A stretch of DNA of 63,960 nt, counting the filler, from Pelomyxa schiedti (taxonomy: Eukaryota > Protista > Evosea): assembly GCA_020536535.1 (NCBI GenBank). It is 11 parts of 11 records of this genome, joined end to end, with 100 filler letters (N's around TTAATTAATTAA, not from the genome) between each part and the next. Parts side by side here need not be neighbours in the genome. Positions count along the whole stretch, not along the records: positions 23,426 to 36,145 come from JAHLWZ010001204.1; positions 36,246 to 37,254 come from JAHLWZ010003015.1; positions 37,355 to 50,045 come from JAHLWZ010001206.1; 8 more parts are not named here. One strand, written 5' to 3'. The notes under the pieces were generated by a model. That model had not been told where the DNA came from. It saw only the letters and a program-made list of their open reading frames with translations, and searched no databases. Positions 34,023 to 46,018 of the stretch are shown piece by piece. Positions within the stretch are counted from its first letter, which is position 1, and each line of letters opens with the position of its first letter. A program made the position numbers and the translations under genes.

Positions 34023-35291
34023 ATGAACGAGTCAGGGCAGCAGCCACAACGCGTTGGGGTGCGTGGTGCGCTCGCATCGCCCCGTAGCGTCCTGTGGGCC
34101 CGCGACCAGCTCGCCGCCCTGCTCGCCTGCGCCGCGGTGCCCCGCTGCGGCGCCCGCAGCCCCGCGTCCCTCGTGCCCCACCACGTGCTCGCGTGCGACG
34201 TCGGCCAGAGGTTCGTCACGCACGTCGCCAGGACCGCCACGGTCTGCGGCGACAACTTGGTTTCTGCTTCCTCTGCCAATGCCAACGACCGCGGTGCCGG
34301 TGCCTGTGGTGGTGCAGCCGCTCGTAGCGGCGAGGCGCCGCCACCCGATGCGTCGCTCGGCGTGGTGTGCGTCGGGGTGTCCATCACGCTGGGCGTCGTG
34401 GAGTGCCGGGGCTGGGCCAGGATCCAGTGCCCAATGAGTGTCTATGCGTGGGTTGGCGTCTGCGGGTCTCTGCCGGTCGGCGCCAAGTCGGACATCAGTG
34501 TCGTGGACCCGGCGGAGATGGCGGTCGTTGGCGAGGTGGTGGACGGCATGGGGATCGGCCCCCACGGCGACGCCTTCCTCCAGATCTGCAAGGGCTCCAA
34601 GTGGGCTGTTCTCTACAACTTGTTTGGTCACGGCGACGGCGGGAGGATCGCCGTGCGGCCACTTGGGCTGAATGCCGCGAACAGGGTGGTGGATGTAAGG
34701 GGGTGCATTGAGTGGGGGGACATGGTCGCCGACAACGAAGCTGCGCTGTTGACGAGGATCGGCGACCAGTCCCCTGTCGCCAGCAGCGCCAAATTTCAAG
34801 TGCTGTGTGTTGACTTGGAAAAGAGTTACCAGTCAGGCCAACTCGCGGTCACTGACTCGTTCGACGGATCGGATAGCCTGCGGCGCATGGCCTTCCGCTC
34901 CAAATCGCACAAGTTGATTGTTCCAACGAAAGAGAGGAGGAACAACGATGGCAGCTGGGTGCTTGGGCTGATGTCACTTCGCCCACTCAAGGTCTTGCGC
35001 ACTTGCTCGTCGGACTTGTTGTTCCACAAGGTGGATTCCACACACTTTGCAGAAGAGGACAGAACCAACAGAACACTGAGTGTGTTCTCAACTGATGACT
35101 TTGAGACTCCTGTGTGCATCTTCGCACTCGATGGTAAGTTCAAATGTGGGAATGGCTTCATTGCATTGGTGCATCCAGACGAGGGGTGCGTTGACCTTGT
35201 TGATGCAGTGACTGGCACTTGGCTGTTGCGCCAGCCATTCCTCCCCCATACCCACATGGAATCCAATAGGGTCGCCTTGGGCACCTCATGA
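34023..35291 (+). CDS. Expanded intronless family member (paralogue of 29090-30340)
   Basis: 422-aa ORF with long identical blocks shared with 29090-30340. Confidence 0.85.
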   Translation: MNESGQQPQRVGVRGALASPRSVLWARDQLAALLACAAVPRCGARSPASLVPHHVLACDVGQRFVTHVARTATVCGDNLVSASSANANDRGAGACGGAAARSGEAPPPDASLGVVCVGVSITLGVVECRGWARIQCPMSVYAWVGVCGSLPVGAKSDISVVDPAEMAVVGEVVDGMGIGPHGDAFLQICKGSKWAVLYNLFGHGDGGRIAVRPLGLNAANRVVDVRGCIEWGDMVADNEAALLTRIGDQSPVASSAKFQVLCVDLEKSYQSGQLAVTDSFDGSDSLRRMAFRSKSHKLIVPTKERRNNDGSWVLGLMSLRPLKVLRTCSSDLLFHKVDSTHFAEEDRTNRTLSVFSTDDFETPVCIFALDGKFKCGNGFIALVHPDEGCVDLVDAVTGTWLLRQPFLPHTHMESNRVALGTS

Positions 35292-35574
35292 ACACTTTCT
35301 CGGAATCAAAAATTATTTTGGTTCTTCCATGCATAGGAGAACGTGGAACCTGAAAACAACAGCGAGGATTTAAGGAAATGCCACCGCAAGCAGGCTTTTC
35401 AAAATAAAAAGACCTTCTGGTGGGACAAGCTCTACACCAGCATTGTCAACAACACTGCCGCACACCTCCTCAGAGTCACCACCAACACTGCACCCTAGGG
35501 GATGATGGATTCAGGCATCATCCTTTAGATTATTGTTACTCACCAGTGAACCAATAAAAAAAAAATAAAAAGAG

Positions 35575-36145
35575 TACACCGGGGGGGGCGAGTCAAATGA
35601 GAAAAACAGAATTTTTAGTGAGCAAGGCAGCGTGAAGCGGCCCGATTTTGCCGGGATTTGTTGATGCTTTGTGCCGCGGGGCGGTTGGCGCTGCGCCGCG
35701 GCGGCAGCGCGGCGTGTGTGTTCGTTGAATCGGGTCTCGCCGGCCGCGGCTGCGCGGCCTTGACATAAATGGCATGTTTGGGGTTGTGGAGACTGTGCAG
35801 TGACTTGCCTCTTTGTTTATCTCCACTACCATCAAAAAAATCGCTGCTACGAGGGGAGACCATGCCGCCCTGGGGTGAAGAGGAACAAGCGGTACCCGCC
35901 TTGTCTCTTCCATCACGTCGTGCCATCTAATATTAATTGTTTTATTTCTGAATCAATTAAATTAATTTTATATATATTTATTAATTATTTATTATTAATT
36001 TAATTAAAAGTAATTTTTTACGCATTTACGCCTTGTAATAAGGTAATAAGGCCTACAGCATTGCCGCACCCATTTAATGTATTTCCGAGCCTTCCACTGG
36101 TATGTGGCTTCTTGTTTCTTTGTTTCCCATAGTAGATAACTATCA
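35575..36145 (+). mobile_element. Candidate non-autonomous DNA element running to the contig end
   Basis: Begins TACACCGGGGGGGGCGAGTCAAATGAGAAAAA, followed by a GC-rich and then an extremely AT-rich (35930-36020) non-coding segment. Confidence 0.4.
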
Positions 36146-37856
36146 NNNNNNNNNNNNNNNNNNNNNNNNNNNNNNNNNNNNNNNNNNNNTTAATTAATTA
36201 ANNNNNNNNNNNNNNNNNNNNNNNNNNNNNNNNNNNNNNNNNNNNATTGAGAAATTACGTAAGTCCTTCTCCCACCACTTCCAACCCAAGTAAGTACACA
36301 TAATATTTTATGTACACTGGTCTTACTCGAAAAAAATTCAAATTTGTAGCTCAAAAGCCTCTAAGGCTTGCTCCTTTTTACAGGCATGCAGTGGCAAACT
36401 CTTGGGGTCCCAAGGCATTATCGGAACTTGCAACTGTTCAACTTGGGATGCCTGTGACTCCAAGTGATATCTCCAAGGTATTAGTAGTACTTTCTACACT
36501 CTTGCACGCGCGAGATGGTTCGGTCCGGAATGCTTTGTGATGGTGTTCAGGACCGTGTGGTTTTTGTATTTGACAGAGCACACAATAGACAAGGACCCCC
36601 CAAGCGTCATCAAAACTTTTTCCCTTAAAAAAAACCGTTGAAACAAACATTGTACCGCGAAGCCAAGACTCTGTCCGAGAGAAACTTGAAACAGTTTTGT
36701 GTGATGATGAAATCAGCTTTTTCCAGCAGCATCCAAACCCCTGTGGAGGAGATACACAAATTTTTGGTTAGATGGCCTCAGCTCTCTGCTGAACTTCTGA
36801 TGGGGATGGGGGTGGGGATACACTCTGTGGAAGGGTGTATCATTCACACACACCTGGCACCCTGTTTATAGAACCGCACACACGCACTTGCACCCCCCAC
36901 ACACGCCTGCATCCCACACACCTGCACCCCTCCTCCCTCGGGCTCCCTCCTTCTCCCTCGTTCCCCCACTCCTTTCCTCTCACCCACTACACAATGTAGT
37001 GATTGTTGTGCTTAGTGTGTAGAACCTCAGTGGTGTTCTATAAGGGGTGAGGCTGTCGAATTTTTTCTAGCTAAAACCTCGTGGTCTGGCATTGAAAAAA
37101 TTTAGCCACTTTATAACGCCAAGGATTTTCAATCCGAGATCTGAACGGACTGTGAAAGACAAACCCTTATAGATGTCTAAAGCGAAGTCGGTGAAGAGGA
37201 ACAAACCTCTCCCTTATATTTCTATAACTTCTAATCTTTTAGGATAGTTCTAAANNNNNNNNNNNNNNNNNNNNNNNNNNNNNNNNNNNNNNNNNNNNTT
37301 AATTAATTAANNNNNNNNNNNNNNNNNNNNNNNNNNNNNNNNNNNNNNNNNNNNATGCCTTACCAGGATATTTCTGCTGAGTGACATTGACCTCATTGCA
37401 CGCAAAAACGTGCATGTTGGTATGCACAATACCAAACAGGCTGCCAGCCTCAACTGATCCACTGGGAACCTACACCAAAATGAGACTTGGTAGAAAACTG
37501 TGCATTGGACATAGTTTTGGATTTATTTTATTTTGTTGTATATTTTTGTTTTTTTTTTCGTTTTGTTTCGGTTTACGTCCAATAAACATTATGTGATAGT
37601 TTTTACCCCAGGGCATCGGCTAATGGTACTAATAACAAATCGAGTGTTGGTACCGCGACCATCACTTTCGATGATAACGATAAATCAAATAACAATGTTG
37701 GTGAACTTCAGTTGACTGACTGCCCTTGAAAATTGGTCAAACTTAGGCACTGTGCAGGAGCCGCAGAGAACCCAAGGAACAGCAAGTTGGTTGGCGATGT
37801 GGTTGTGGTTGTGTTATGCCAGCTGGGCCATGATGATGCCAGTGGGGTGCCGTATC

Positions 37857-40800
37857 TCATGGTTGTTGCTGTGGTGTTAATAGAGGAGAGGCCGGTGTAG
37901 TTGATTTGGATGTGCTGTGGGTTGCCTGTGGTGTGGTTGCGGCGGTGTTTGCGGATGCGGCGAGTGTTGGCGATGACGGGGCTGCGGAGGTGGGGGCGAG
38001 TGAGGGCGGCGTCAGGGGCGAGGACGGAGTCTGGGGGTCTCCCGCGGCTGCCGATGCGGCCGTGCGGGACCGCTTGCGCTCCGGCTCTAGGGGTGTGGTG
38101 GGTCTGCGTTGGTGTGAGGATGGAATAAACAGGGAACGAAGTTAAAGTACCTGGGAATGTCATCCGGCCTTCTCTTGTCGCTACTGGGGAAAGGTAAGAG
38201 AATTGAACCGGTGGGAAGACTACCTGGAGTGTGTAGATGCGGAAAGTACCGGTGAAAGAGGAAGCACGCCGCTTTCTTCTAACTCCTATAGAAGCATTAG
38301 AAGTGTAAGCGTAATTCTTGAAGGAACCTCGAGGAAAACGGAGAGCACTGTTTTACTTGGTGCTGTGGTAGAGGTGGTTGAGGTGCTTTCCTTGGAGGAA
38401 GTGCCAGAGGGTTCTTTACTGGCCGCGGAAGATGCCGGGACCGTGGCTGGAGTAAGAGACGGATGCTTCGCCATTACCCTTCTCCAGGCGGGAAGGTTTG
38501 TGTATGCAAGTAGTCGCAGTCCTCTCCAGTTGTAAAGCTTATTTAATGGTGTCATTGGTACGTGTGAATTCGAGAGCAAACCTTGTCTTTAGAAAGGTTT
38601 TCAGAATCTGGTATTATTTCTCCCTCTTTTTCTTTTTTGGCTTGGGCTTCCGCTGGCTACAGTGGGGTAAGAATCTCTAGGACAAATGCAACACCCACCT
38701 TGGTGAAGTCGGCTAGCGATGGAATGTGAACAGTTGTATCTATTTGTGTTGCGTCTTTGTGTGACATGGAACAGAGTCGAGCCATCTGGGGCCATACTAC
38801 CCCCAGAATGGGTTTATCGTGTTTAGTCAGCTTGGACGAATTTCGTGATAACACTGCGATACTAAGGGAAGATGCTGTTGCAGCAGCCACAGAAGCTGCA
38901 TCGGCTGTTGCTGGGGCGGGAGAGGTAGAAGGTGGTGGGATGGTAGAAACAGCTTGTGCTAGTGGCTTCTCGATAGCCTTGGCTTCTCGCAACTAAAGAA
39001 GGTAAGATGATTTTGTCATGCAGGCGCGTACCCAGGGCTCCTCATGAGCTATGATAGACATTAAAGTGGAAATGTATGAATGCCCATCAGGTTTTGTCTG
39101 TTCAAGTAACTCGATTACACGTTTCTTCATGTCTATTACAGCCACGCGCTGAGGAAGAACGTAAGTGGTGGCTCAAAAAAGAAAGTGAATGGTTGCACCT
39201 GTTTATCTGTTGGCGAAAGTGTCTTAAGCGAAGTTTCAGCTGCTGACAGGAAGAAGACCATCTGGGTAAGAACTTGTCTTTGTACGACAGGGTCACACAT
39301 CTTATGGGAAATCACTCCTGTGAGTTCTTTTTGTTTTGAGGTATACTTGGTATTTGAGGAGTTTGACACTTCTGAGGAGCCTTGGTGAGAACTCGAACTC
39401 ATTCCCTCGATGATCGTCGGACATGATGTTACTTTCACTACCTCTCCCACTTATTGAAATTGAGTCACCAGACTCAGAAGAGAGTGTGGCCGCTTTTGAG
39501 GATTTGAAATGTGACACGCGAATGAATGACGCAAGGGCACTTTCTTCTGTTAAGAATAAATAACTCCGTAATACAGAACTGAAATGATCACCTGTGGATT
39601 GAATATGCCCTTGGAGTGCTGATAAAACACATGACATCTGTTCAGAAATTTTCTCCCAATTTTCCACAGTCAAAGGAGACTGAGAAGTTTGCAGTGAACT
39701 TTGTAAGGCCCAAAATGTATTGAAGAATCTATCTGAAGGTGAACCTGAAATACATTAAACATATGCCTTGTAGTTGGAAGTTAGTCACCATTGTGATCAT
39801 CGGCGTCGCATTGCCCATAAGGATCAGGCTCCTCCCGGGCTTTAAGGGAAAACGTTCAGGAGGTTGTAGGGAGTCCTTTTTACTCAACCTGATTGCTGTT
39901 CTGTTGTGAAGGTGGGAATTATTCTCGATATCAACATTTGCACTTGGCCAAAGAACTCCGCATGCTCAATCTTTGACAACCGCCTCGATTGAGGTTACTA
40001 ACCGAAAAGGATGCAAAGGAGACTACCTGAGTAAACTATTGAAGCTCCTCAAGAATAATTTTCCTCTTCTGGACTCGGCTAGAATTTTTTGAATCTGCCG
40101 CTAACATTAAATGAAGCTAATAGTGAAAAACACTACAGCAATAAGACTATCAACTCTTGCACAAATCTGACGAAAGAGAAGACGACACTTATCCAATTCA
40201 GCAATCTCAAACAAGTCTTCTAGCATGTAGGCAATGATGGAGGCCTCACCGATTGCTACAATGGCCAACATATTATAATCGCCGTTAAAATGCTATGCGG
40301 GAATTTACATTCTGTGGCTAGCCAAATTCCAATATCGAGCAGTATTCCAATCATAGCCTCTTCCTGTGTCGATTTAAGGTCTGGACTGAATACAATACCC
40401 CTCATGGACGGCATGAGGGTCACAATGTCCGCCAAAGTGAATCTCAGTGCATGCTCAATCAATGGCTTCACCTGAGCAGACTCACACCGATGCCTGGAGC
40501 TGCCACCACTTGCCGCCGCCGTGCTCATCCCTTCTTCCCCCTCGTCCCTCACCACCACAGCAGCGCCTCCCTTGCTGGTCTCCGCCAGATACGCCTGCAA
40601 GCCCTTGGAATTCACCTGAGCTTGCAACAAGAACTCCTGCGGCGCAATCCCCGCCAAGCACTCCAGCACCACTCTCTTCGTCATAGTGTCCAGAGTGCTG
40701 AACCACTTCCCATCGCCCAAAGCGCCGCCGCCTCCGGCGCCTACAGAGGCGCTGAGCACGCTGCTGTCGTTCAGATCGTCTGTGCTCATGTTGAGCGAGG

Positions 40801-41037
40801 CAGAGTCGCTACAAGCCAGCATAGACGAGGCAGCGGCCGCAGGAGATTGCAGCACTACGCCGCCTACGACTGAGCCAACGCCGCTGCCGCTGAGGGCCTC
40901 GCACACCCCCTTGAAGCACTCCTAGTCAAATACGTAAGATCTCACGTACCACGACAACAAGTGTTGTCTATAGCAATCGACGGCGTTACGTCGTTTGGTG
41001 TCGGTCTTCATACCACGAGGGGGTTCCGCTCTGTCAT
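37857..41037 (-). CDS. THOC1: THO complex subunit 1 (THOC1/Hpr1) homologue, multi-exon, with low-complexity C-terminus
   Basis: GKLFLRSFNSLLR|RLSKIEHAEFFGQVQMLISRIIP matches THOC1 LRMCNDLLRRLSK..FCGRIQLFL. Also FFNTFWALQ, DPVVQRQVLTQMVFFL and IIAHEEPW. TGA at 37857. Confidence 0.8.
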
Positions 41038-41214
41038 CGTGCAATCTTCTTCCTCTGTTTTGATTTTTTATGTGATGAGTCTTTTGTTTGGCAAACCATT
41101 CCTTGTTGCTGTTGACAACTACGCAGGCAACTACTGTCAATAAATGTTACTATGTGCCACAAAAATCAAATCAGCAGGAAACAGTCCAAATAACAAGAAA
41201 AAAGAGAAAATACA

Positions 41215-42063
41215 ATGAGTGATGGGGCTGTGGCGACAGCGAGTGAGGGGATACGGGATCTCGGCGGGGACTGCAAGTGCGACAGTGACGACACGCAGTC
41301 GCAAGCAAACAGTTCGCCGCCAAAGCGACCAAGATTGGCGCTTGTCCTGCTGAAGAAAGACGCCCCGCTGTCGCCCTCTGACGCCGCGATCGTCGGCACG
41401 AACCGCGAACGAGATACGACGGACGCGTGCCCAGATGCGCCGTGTGTTACCGCGGGCAATTCCATTTCGCAACAGGGGTATAGCTCTAACGCAGAACTAA
41501 CAACACCCAAAAACAACCCACAAGAGAACACAACGCCTCCTAAGGGTGGCGATGTACCACAACCACCACCCGCGGAGGTTATTTCCCCCGATACGCCGCC
41601 GACCACCATAACACCTGATATCACGCCGCCGACCGCCATACAACCTGATATCACGCCGCAGGTACTCCCGGAAGTGCAAACCGCACCAAGGAAACGTGAT
41701 AGCGAACCCACTGATGGGGTAAACACAACAGGCTCTACCAATATTGAGGAGTGGATGCAACAACAGAACCTGAGGTGGAACCGGCACAGAGACTTCAAGG
41801 CGAACCGAAAGCAGCTCATAAAGAACATGCTGAAACAACATGACGTTCAACTGACACGCAGGCATAATGAACAAACTGTCAATACTCTCCATGCCCAGTG
41901 GTCGAAGCAAAAACAGCAACAATCTCAGAAAAACAACTCCACCGCAGCACAACAGCAGCAATCAAGCCCTCCACCAACCACAGAACAATCATTAACAGTA
42001 CAGCACACTAACTTGGAAGAAGGGGAAATCCCGCCGGCCAACAAAAGCCCACACACAGAATAA
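41215..42063 (+). CDS. Intronless, low-complexity, probably nuclear protein
   Basis: 282-aa ORF with NLS-like PPKRPRL, PDITP repeats and a basic helical segment. Confidence 0.55.
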   Translation: MSDGAVATASEGIRDLGGDCKCDSDDTQSQANSSPPKRPRLALVLLKKDAPLSPSDAAIVGTNRERDTTDACPDAPCVTAGNSISQQGYSSNAELTTPKNNPQENTTPPKGGDVPQPPPAEVISPDTPPTTITPDITPPTAIQPDITPQVLPEVQTAPRKRDSEPTDGVNTTGSTNIEEWMQQQNLRWNRHRDFKANRKQLIKNMLKQHDVQLTRRHNEQTVNTLHAQWSKQKQQQSQKNNSTAAQQQQSSPPPTTEQSLTVQHTNLEEGEIPPANKSPHTE

Positions 42064-42195
42064 ACCTAAGTTCATTAGCAGCTTGAACTCACAATTGTAA
42101 ATCCTTACTCTTTTCATGAAAACAACAAAAAGAAACCATAAGAACAATTCAACTCCCAACAAAATTCTCTCTTTTTTGTTTTTTGCCTTTGTTTT

Positions 42196-43202
42196 TTAGA
42201 GTGCAGTGTAACCATCATTTGATTGAGCACCGCCGTTCCTGGTGCCGTAGTTTGTGGGCATCAGTGCAATTCCCTGTGACTCTCCCTCGCCCATGCCCCC
42301 TCTCACATTCACCGGCACAAACCTCTTTGCGGGTGACATAACCATAGGAAGGGCTAGCAGAAGCAGCGCGGCCGTGCTGAATATGAGGTTGAACATCAGA
42401 GCGGTCAGCCAGTCGCCGCCCCAGGACAAATCCGGATCCATTGCGTCGAGCGTCGCGCATATGCCGACAGCAGTGCCCCAGAAGTCGATCTTGGGGTCTG
42501 GGCTGCCCTTTACAGTGGAGTACCACACAACATGTCCAATCAGCATGACGGTTTCACAGAGAAATAAAAGAGGGACAGACCAATGAGCCGGAAATGGTAC
42601 TAGTTTTGTGGTAAGTATTCCCGTGTAGAGCGGTTTATAGTTAAGAGGGAGTATATATATGTATGGCTGCTGGTTTACATGGAGAATTGAGAAATTCCTT
42701 TAATATCCATACAAATGCACCGCACATGCCCAGTATTGCCAGTGCCGAAATTACAAAGCATGCATTTCCTATGTAATGCCATTAATTTTTTGTTGCTTGG
42801 GGGAATACGTTCGCTCACACCTGCTCTCTCCACGGACACGAGTGCGGGGAACTTCCCGTAGATCGTGTGTATATTGACTCCCTCCCCTTGTGCAACAACA
42901 ATCTGATGTAATCCATAGTGGCACGTGCTTTCCGTCTTTTAGGAAAAAAAAAATAATAAATATTTGAAACAGCTACTCACTTTCTCATGGCCCAAGAATC
43001 CCCACTCTGCAATATGTTAACAAAGCGGTTTTTGGAATGAAAAGAAAAAAAAAAAGCCCCACAAAAACCCGCGATCAGTGTACACTGAGGAAAAAAAGAA
43101 ACCGAACACACACACCAAGAGCAGGGTCTCGACTACGACGACAGCGGCCAGACAGCACAACACCGCGAGCCTCTTTTTATCTTTCGCAAGCACGCTCAAC
43201 AT
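42196..43202 (-). CDS. Multi-pass (about 4 TM) claudin-like membrane protein, multi-exon
   Basis: TM1 LAVLCCLAAVVVVETLLLVCVFGFFF; loop with EWGFLG and Cys; further TMs FVISALAILGMCGAFVW, VMLIGHVVW and LMFNLIFSTAALLLLAL. Confidence 0.55.
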
Positions 43203-43476
43203 CTGGATCCAGAGAGGGAGATCAAAATAAAACAAAAAAAAAAGAGCACCCCCAAATTTCAAGTTAGATTGAAGCAATCAGTCAGTTATCACATTCCAGG
43301 AAGGGTCGGCCTGAAGCCCCGAAGCTGAACAGGGCTTTTCCCCGCAGGTTCCTTCAACACCTTGTCCACAATCTTAAACAAACATTAGTTAGTTTAAGAT
43401 TGTGGACGCTAGTTGGAACAAGTCTGGAGGAGTGATCAAAAGTTGAAAGTTCGAAAGTTTAAAACTTACGCACCCA

Positions 43477-44925
43477 ATGGACCGATACAGCAAACAAAGT
43501 CTGCTAGCATCGCCATCAAAGAAGCCCAGGGTCGTTAGCAACGTCATTACCAGTCCTGTTCGCAGCGGGCGGCAGCACCGCTCCCATAATGGCGGCGCAG
43601 CCGCCCGTGCTCGCGTCGACGCCGACGCTCCCGTGGACTTTGTTTCGCAGTTTGTTGCGCTGTGCACGATGGGGCACCCGAGGTGCGGCCGCGACACGCC
43701 CCTCGCCCGCGTTTTGCCATTGTGGGGCGGCGTGTCTGCTTCCTCCGTCGCCCGGCTCGTGTGGGAGTGGGTCTCGGCGTGTCCCACAATGCACTTCAGC
43801 GTCCATGCCTTCCCAGCCACCCTCGCGGGGGGATACTGCGACCCGCCGCCGTCCTCCCTGTTCGCCTTTGGAGTGTCGCCAATCACACACGGCCTGATAC
43901 AGAGACCACCATTCCCACGTCACTGGCTCTCCGAAAGCAGCGAGGAACTCCACTGCGAGGTGATCGGCGCCAACCAGCTGGTCGCAATCGGCAGGGCTTC
44001 GGTTCTGCACGGGGAGCAGTACAACATCATGAGGAGGCGAAGCGCGCAGAGCACATTCAACGACGATGACAGCTGTGATGCCGGCGTCACCCGCCTACAG
44101 ATTCGCACCGACTCCTCCAGCGTGTGGGGAAGGGTTGGTTTTAGTGGGAGCAACACTGTGTGGAGCGGCGAGTTGGGGACTAGTGGATTATGTGCTGTCA
44201 ATCACAGGTGGTTTGTTCTGTGGGATTCGGAGAGGGGAGAGGCTGTGGTCGTGAACCTGCTTCTGGAGTTCAACATGGTGGGGATATCAACAGCGTTCCC
44301 AATGCAGCGGGAGAATGTTGTCAATGTATTCATGAACCAGATGTGCGATGACGAAGCGGTTCTGGTCTCTAAGCTGAGTCCTTGTATTCTTGAGTTGACT
44401 GTTTTCAATGTCAGTGACCTGTGGTTTGGATTTATGTTCAATCAGGTCAGTGTAAGATTCTCACTTCAAAGTACTGTTGCCAATACATTCTCTGTTGAAG
44501 TGGTGCTTGTTCTTCAGACAAAATCAAAGGAGCGTGCTTATGTTGTGATGATTACTGAAGGAAGCGACTGCATAGTCCTGCATTACTACCAGTGCTCTGG
44601 CCAGCCAGAAGTACACAAGGTTGTCTTCCACTTTTGTCTTCCTGGCAGTGTTTGGCTATCTCAGTTGAGCACGAGTCTGTATTGTGTGTCATGCCCAAGC
44701 AGGCTTGAAATATGGGATTGCAACATTCCCTCACATGCCACGACCACTGTTGACCACTTTGGATGCTGCTGGACTGTCACTGCACATGCTGGGTTCCTGT
44801 TCCACTTGAGGGATGACCAAATCGTGGTGACTGACTACTGCTCAGGTTCAAGAGTGATAGCATTGCCACTGCCCAAACAAACAACCAAATACAAAGTTGG
44901 ACACCTGTTCTCTTTCCTGCTGTGA
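43477..44925 (+). CDS. Expanded intronless family member
   Basis: SQFVALCTMGHPRCGRDTPLARVLPLW..VWEWV..FGVSPITHG..NHRWFV..DDEAVL..LSQLS..LEIWDCN..GHLFSFLL. Confidence 0.85.
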   Translation: MDRYSKQSLLASPSKKPRVVSNVITSPVRSGRQHRSHNGGAAARARVDADAPVDFVSQFVALCTMGHPRCGRDTPLARVLPLWGGVSASSVARLVWEWVSACPTMHFSVHAFPATLAGGYCDPPPSSLFAFGVSPITHGLIQRPPFPRHWLSESSEELHCEVIGANQLVAIGRASVLHGEQYNIMRRRSAQSTFNDDDSCDAGVTRLQIRTDSSSVWGRVGFSGSNTVWSGELGTSGLCAVNHRWFVLWDSERGEAVVVNLLLEFNMVGISTAFPMQRENVVNVFMNQMCDDEAVLVSKLSPCILELTVFNVSDLWFGFMFNQVSVRFSLQSTVANTFSVEVVLVLQTKSKERAYVVMITEGSDCIVLHYYQCSGQPEVHKVVFHFCLPGSVWLSQLSTSLYCVSCPSRLEIWDCNIPSHATTTVDHFGCCWTVTAHAGFLFHLRDDQIVVTDYCSGSRVIALPLPKQTTKYKVGHLFSFLL

Positions 44926-45168
44926 ATTTGAAATAAAACAATCTAGTTAGTCCAAAAAAAAAAAAAAAAAAATTTCAGTTTCTTTCAGTAATGCCTGACC
45001 GAATGGTGTCGTTGCGGTTTCCTGCAACGCCCGCCGTTAGGAAAGACCACACTGTTCGCTGTGAGTGAGAAGGACACTGGACACTGGACTTGTCAGAAAG
45101 AGAGATGTGCACCCTTGCAAGAGAAATACCTGAACCCACAATCACAGAAAAAGGGGCTGGGTGGGTGA

Positions 45169-46011
45169 ATGGGAACAACGATTGGCCGGTTGGTTGTGCG
45201 GCAGGCGCCACCACGTCGCGATGTGAGGGTGCTGATGGTCGGCCCGTGCGGCGCCGGCAAAACGACGATACTGACGACCCTCAAGCTGATGCCCGACATG
45301 GTCGTCACCACCACTCCCACAATTGGCTTCACCGTGGACACCATCCAGTTCAGGAACCTCAGCGCCACAGTGTGGGACGTTGGCGGCGAGGACAAAATAA
45401 GGCCCCTGTGCAGGCACGTATGCACGTTTTTTTCTTTTGCGCAAAAGGCTTTTTTTTATTCAACACAAACATCTAAAAAAAATTGTGGTGTCACAGTACT
45501 ATGACAACACACAAGGGCTGATATTCGTCGTGGATTCAAGTGACTTGGAGAGAGTGTATTATGCACGTGATGAACTTCACAAAATGTTGCATGAGGATGA
45601 GCTCAGGGAAGCTTCTCTTCTGGTGTTTGCAAACAAGCAGGACCTCCCTGGTGCTGTGCCTGTGGCTGAGCTCACAGATAGGCTTGGGGTACACACTCTG
45701 ACCAGCAGGAAGTNNNNNNNNNNNNNNNNNNNNNNNNNNNNNNNNNNNNNNNNNNNNNNNNNNNNNNNNNNNNNNNNNNNNNNNNNNNNNNNNNNNNNNN
45801 NNNNNNNNNNNNNGAGGATGAGCTCAGGGAAGCTTCTCTTCTGGTGTTTGCAAACAAGCAGGACCTCCCTGGTGCTGTGCCTGTGGCTGAGCTCACAGAT
45901 AGGCTTGGGGTACACACTCTGACCAGCAGGAAGTGGTTCATCCAGGCTGTCTGTGCAACCACTGGTGATGGACTCTATGAGGGCCTTGACTGGTTGCTTC
46001 ACAACTTGTAG
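45169..46011 (+). CDS. Divergent ARF-family small GTPase
   Basis: MG start; G1 GPCGAGKTT; PTIGF; G3 WDVGGE; intron 45418-45496; [10 protein letters not shown]; G4 FANKQDL; G5 [15 protein letters not shown]. Spans a 121-bp overlap gap. Confidence 0.9.
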
Positions 46012-46018
46012 TAAAAAA

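Noticed and set aside
33030-35291. DGR-like template/variable repeat pair
   Set aside because: Differences between remnant and paralogues are not adenine-specific and no DGR-type RT is present; this is ordinary divergence.
36246-37253. Short ORFs and a CA/CT-rich tract on a small contig
   Set aside because: No recognisable motif or consistent exon chain.
40922-41013. 18-nt microexon (40950-40967) in THOC1
   Set aside because: It requires a 28-nt intron; a single 92-nt intron keeps the same frame and is simpler.
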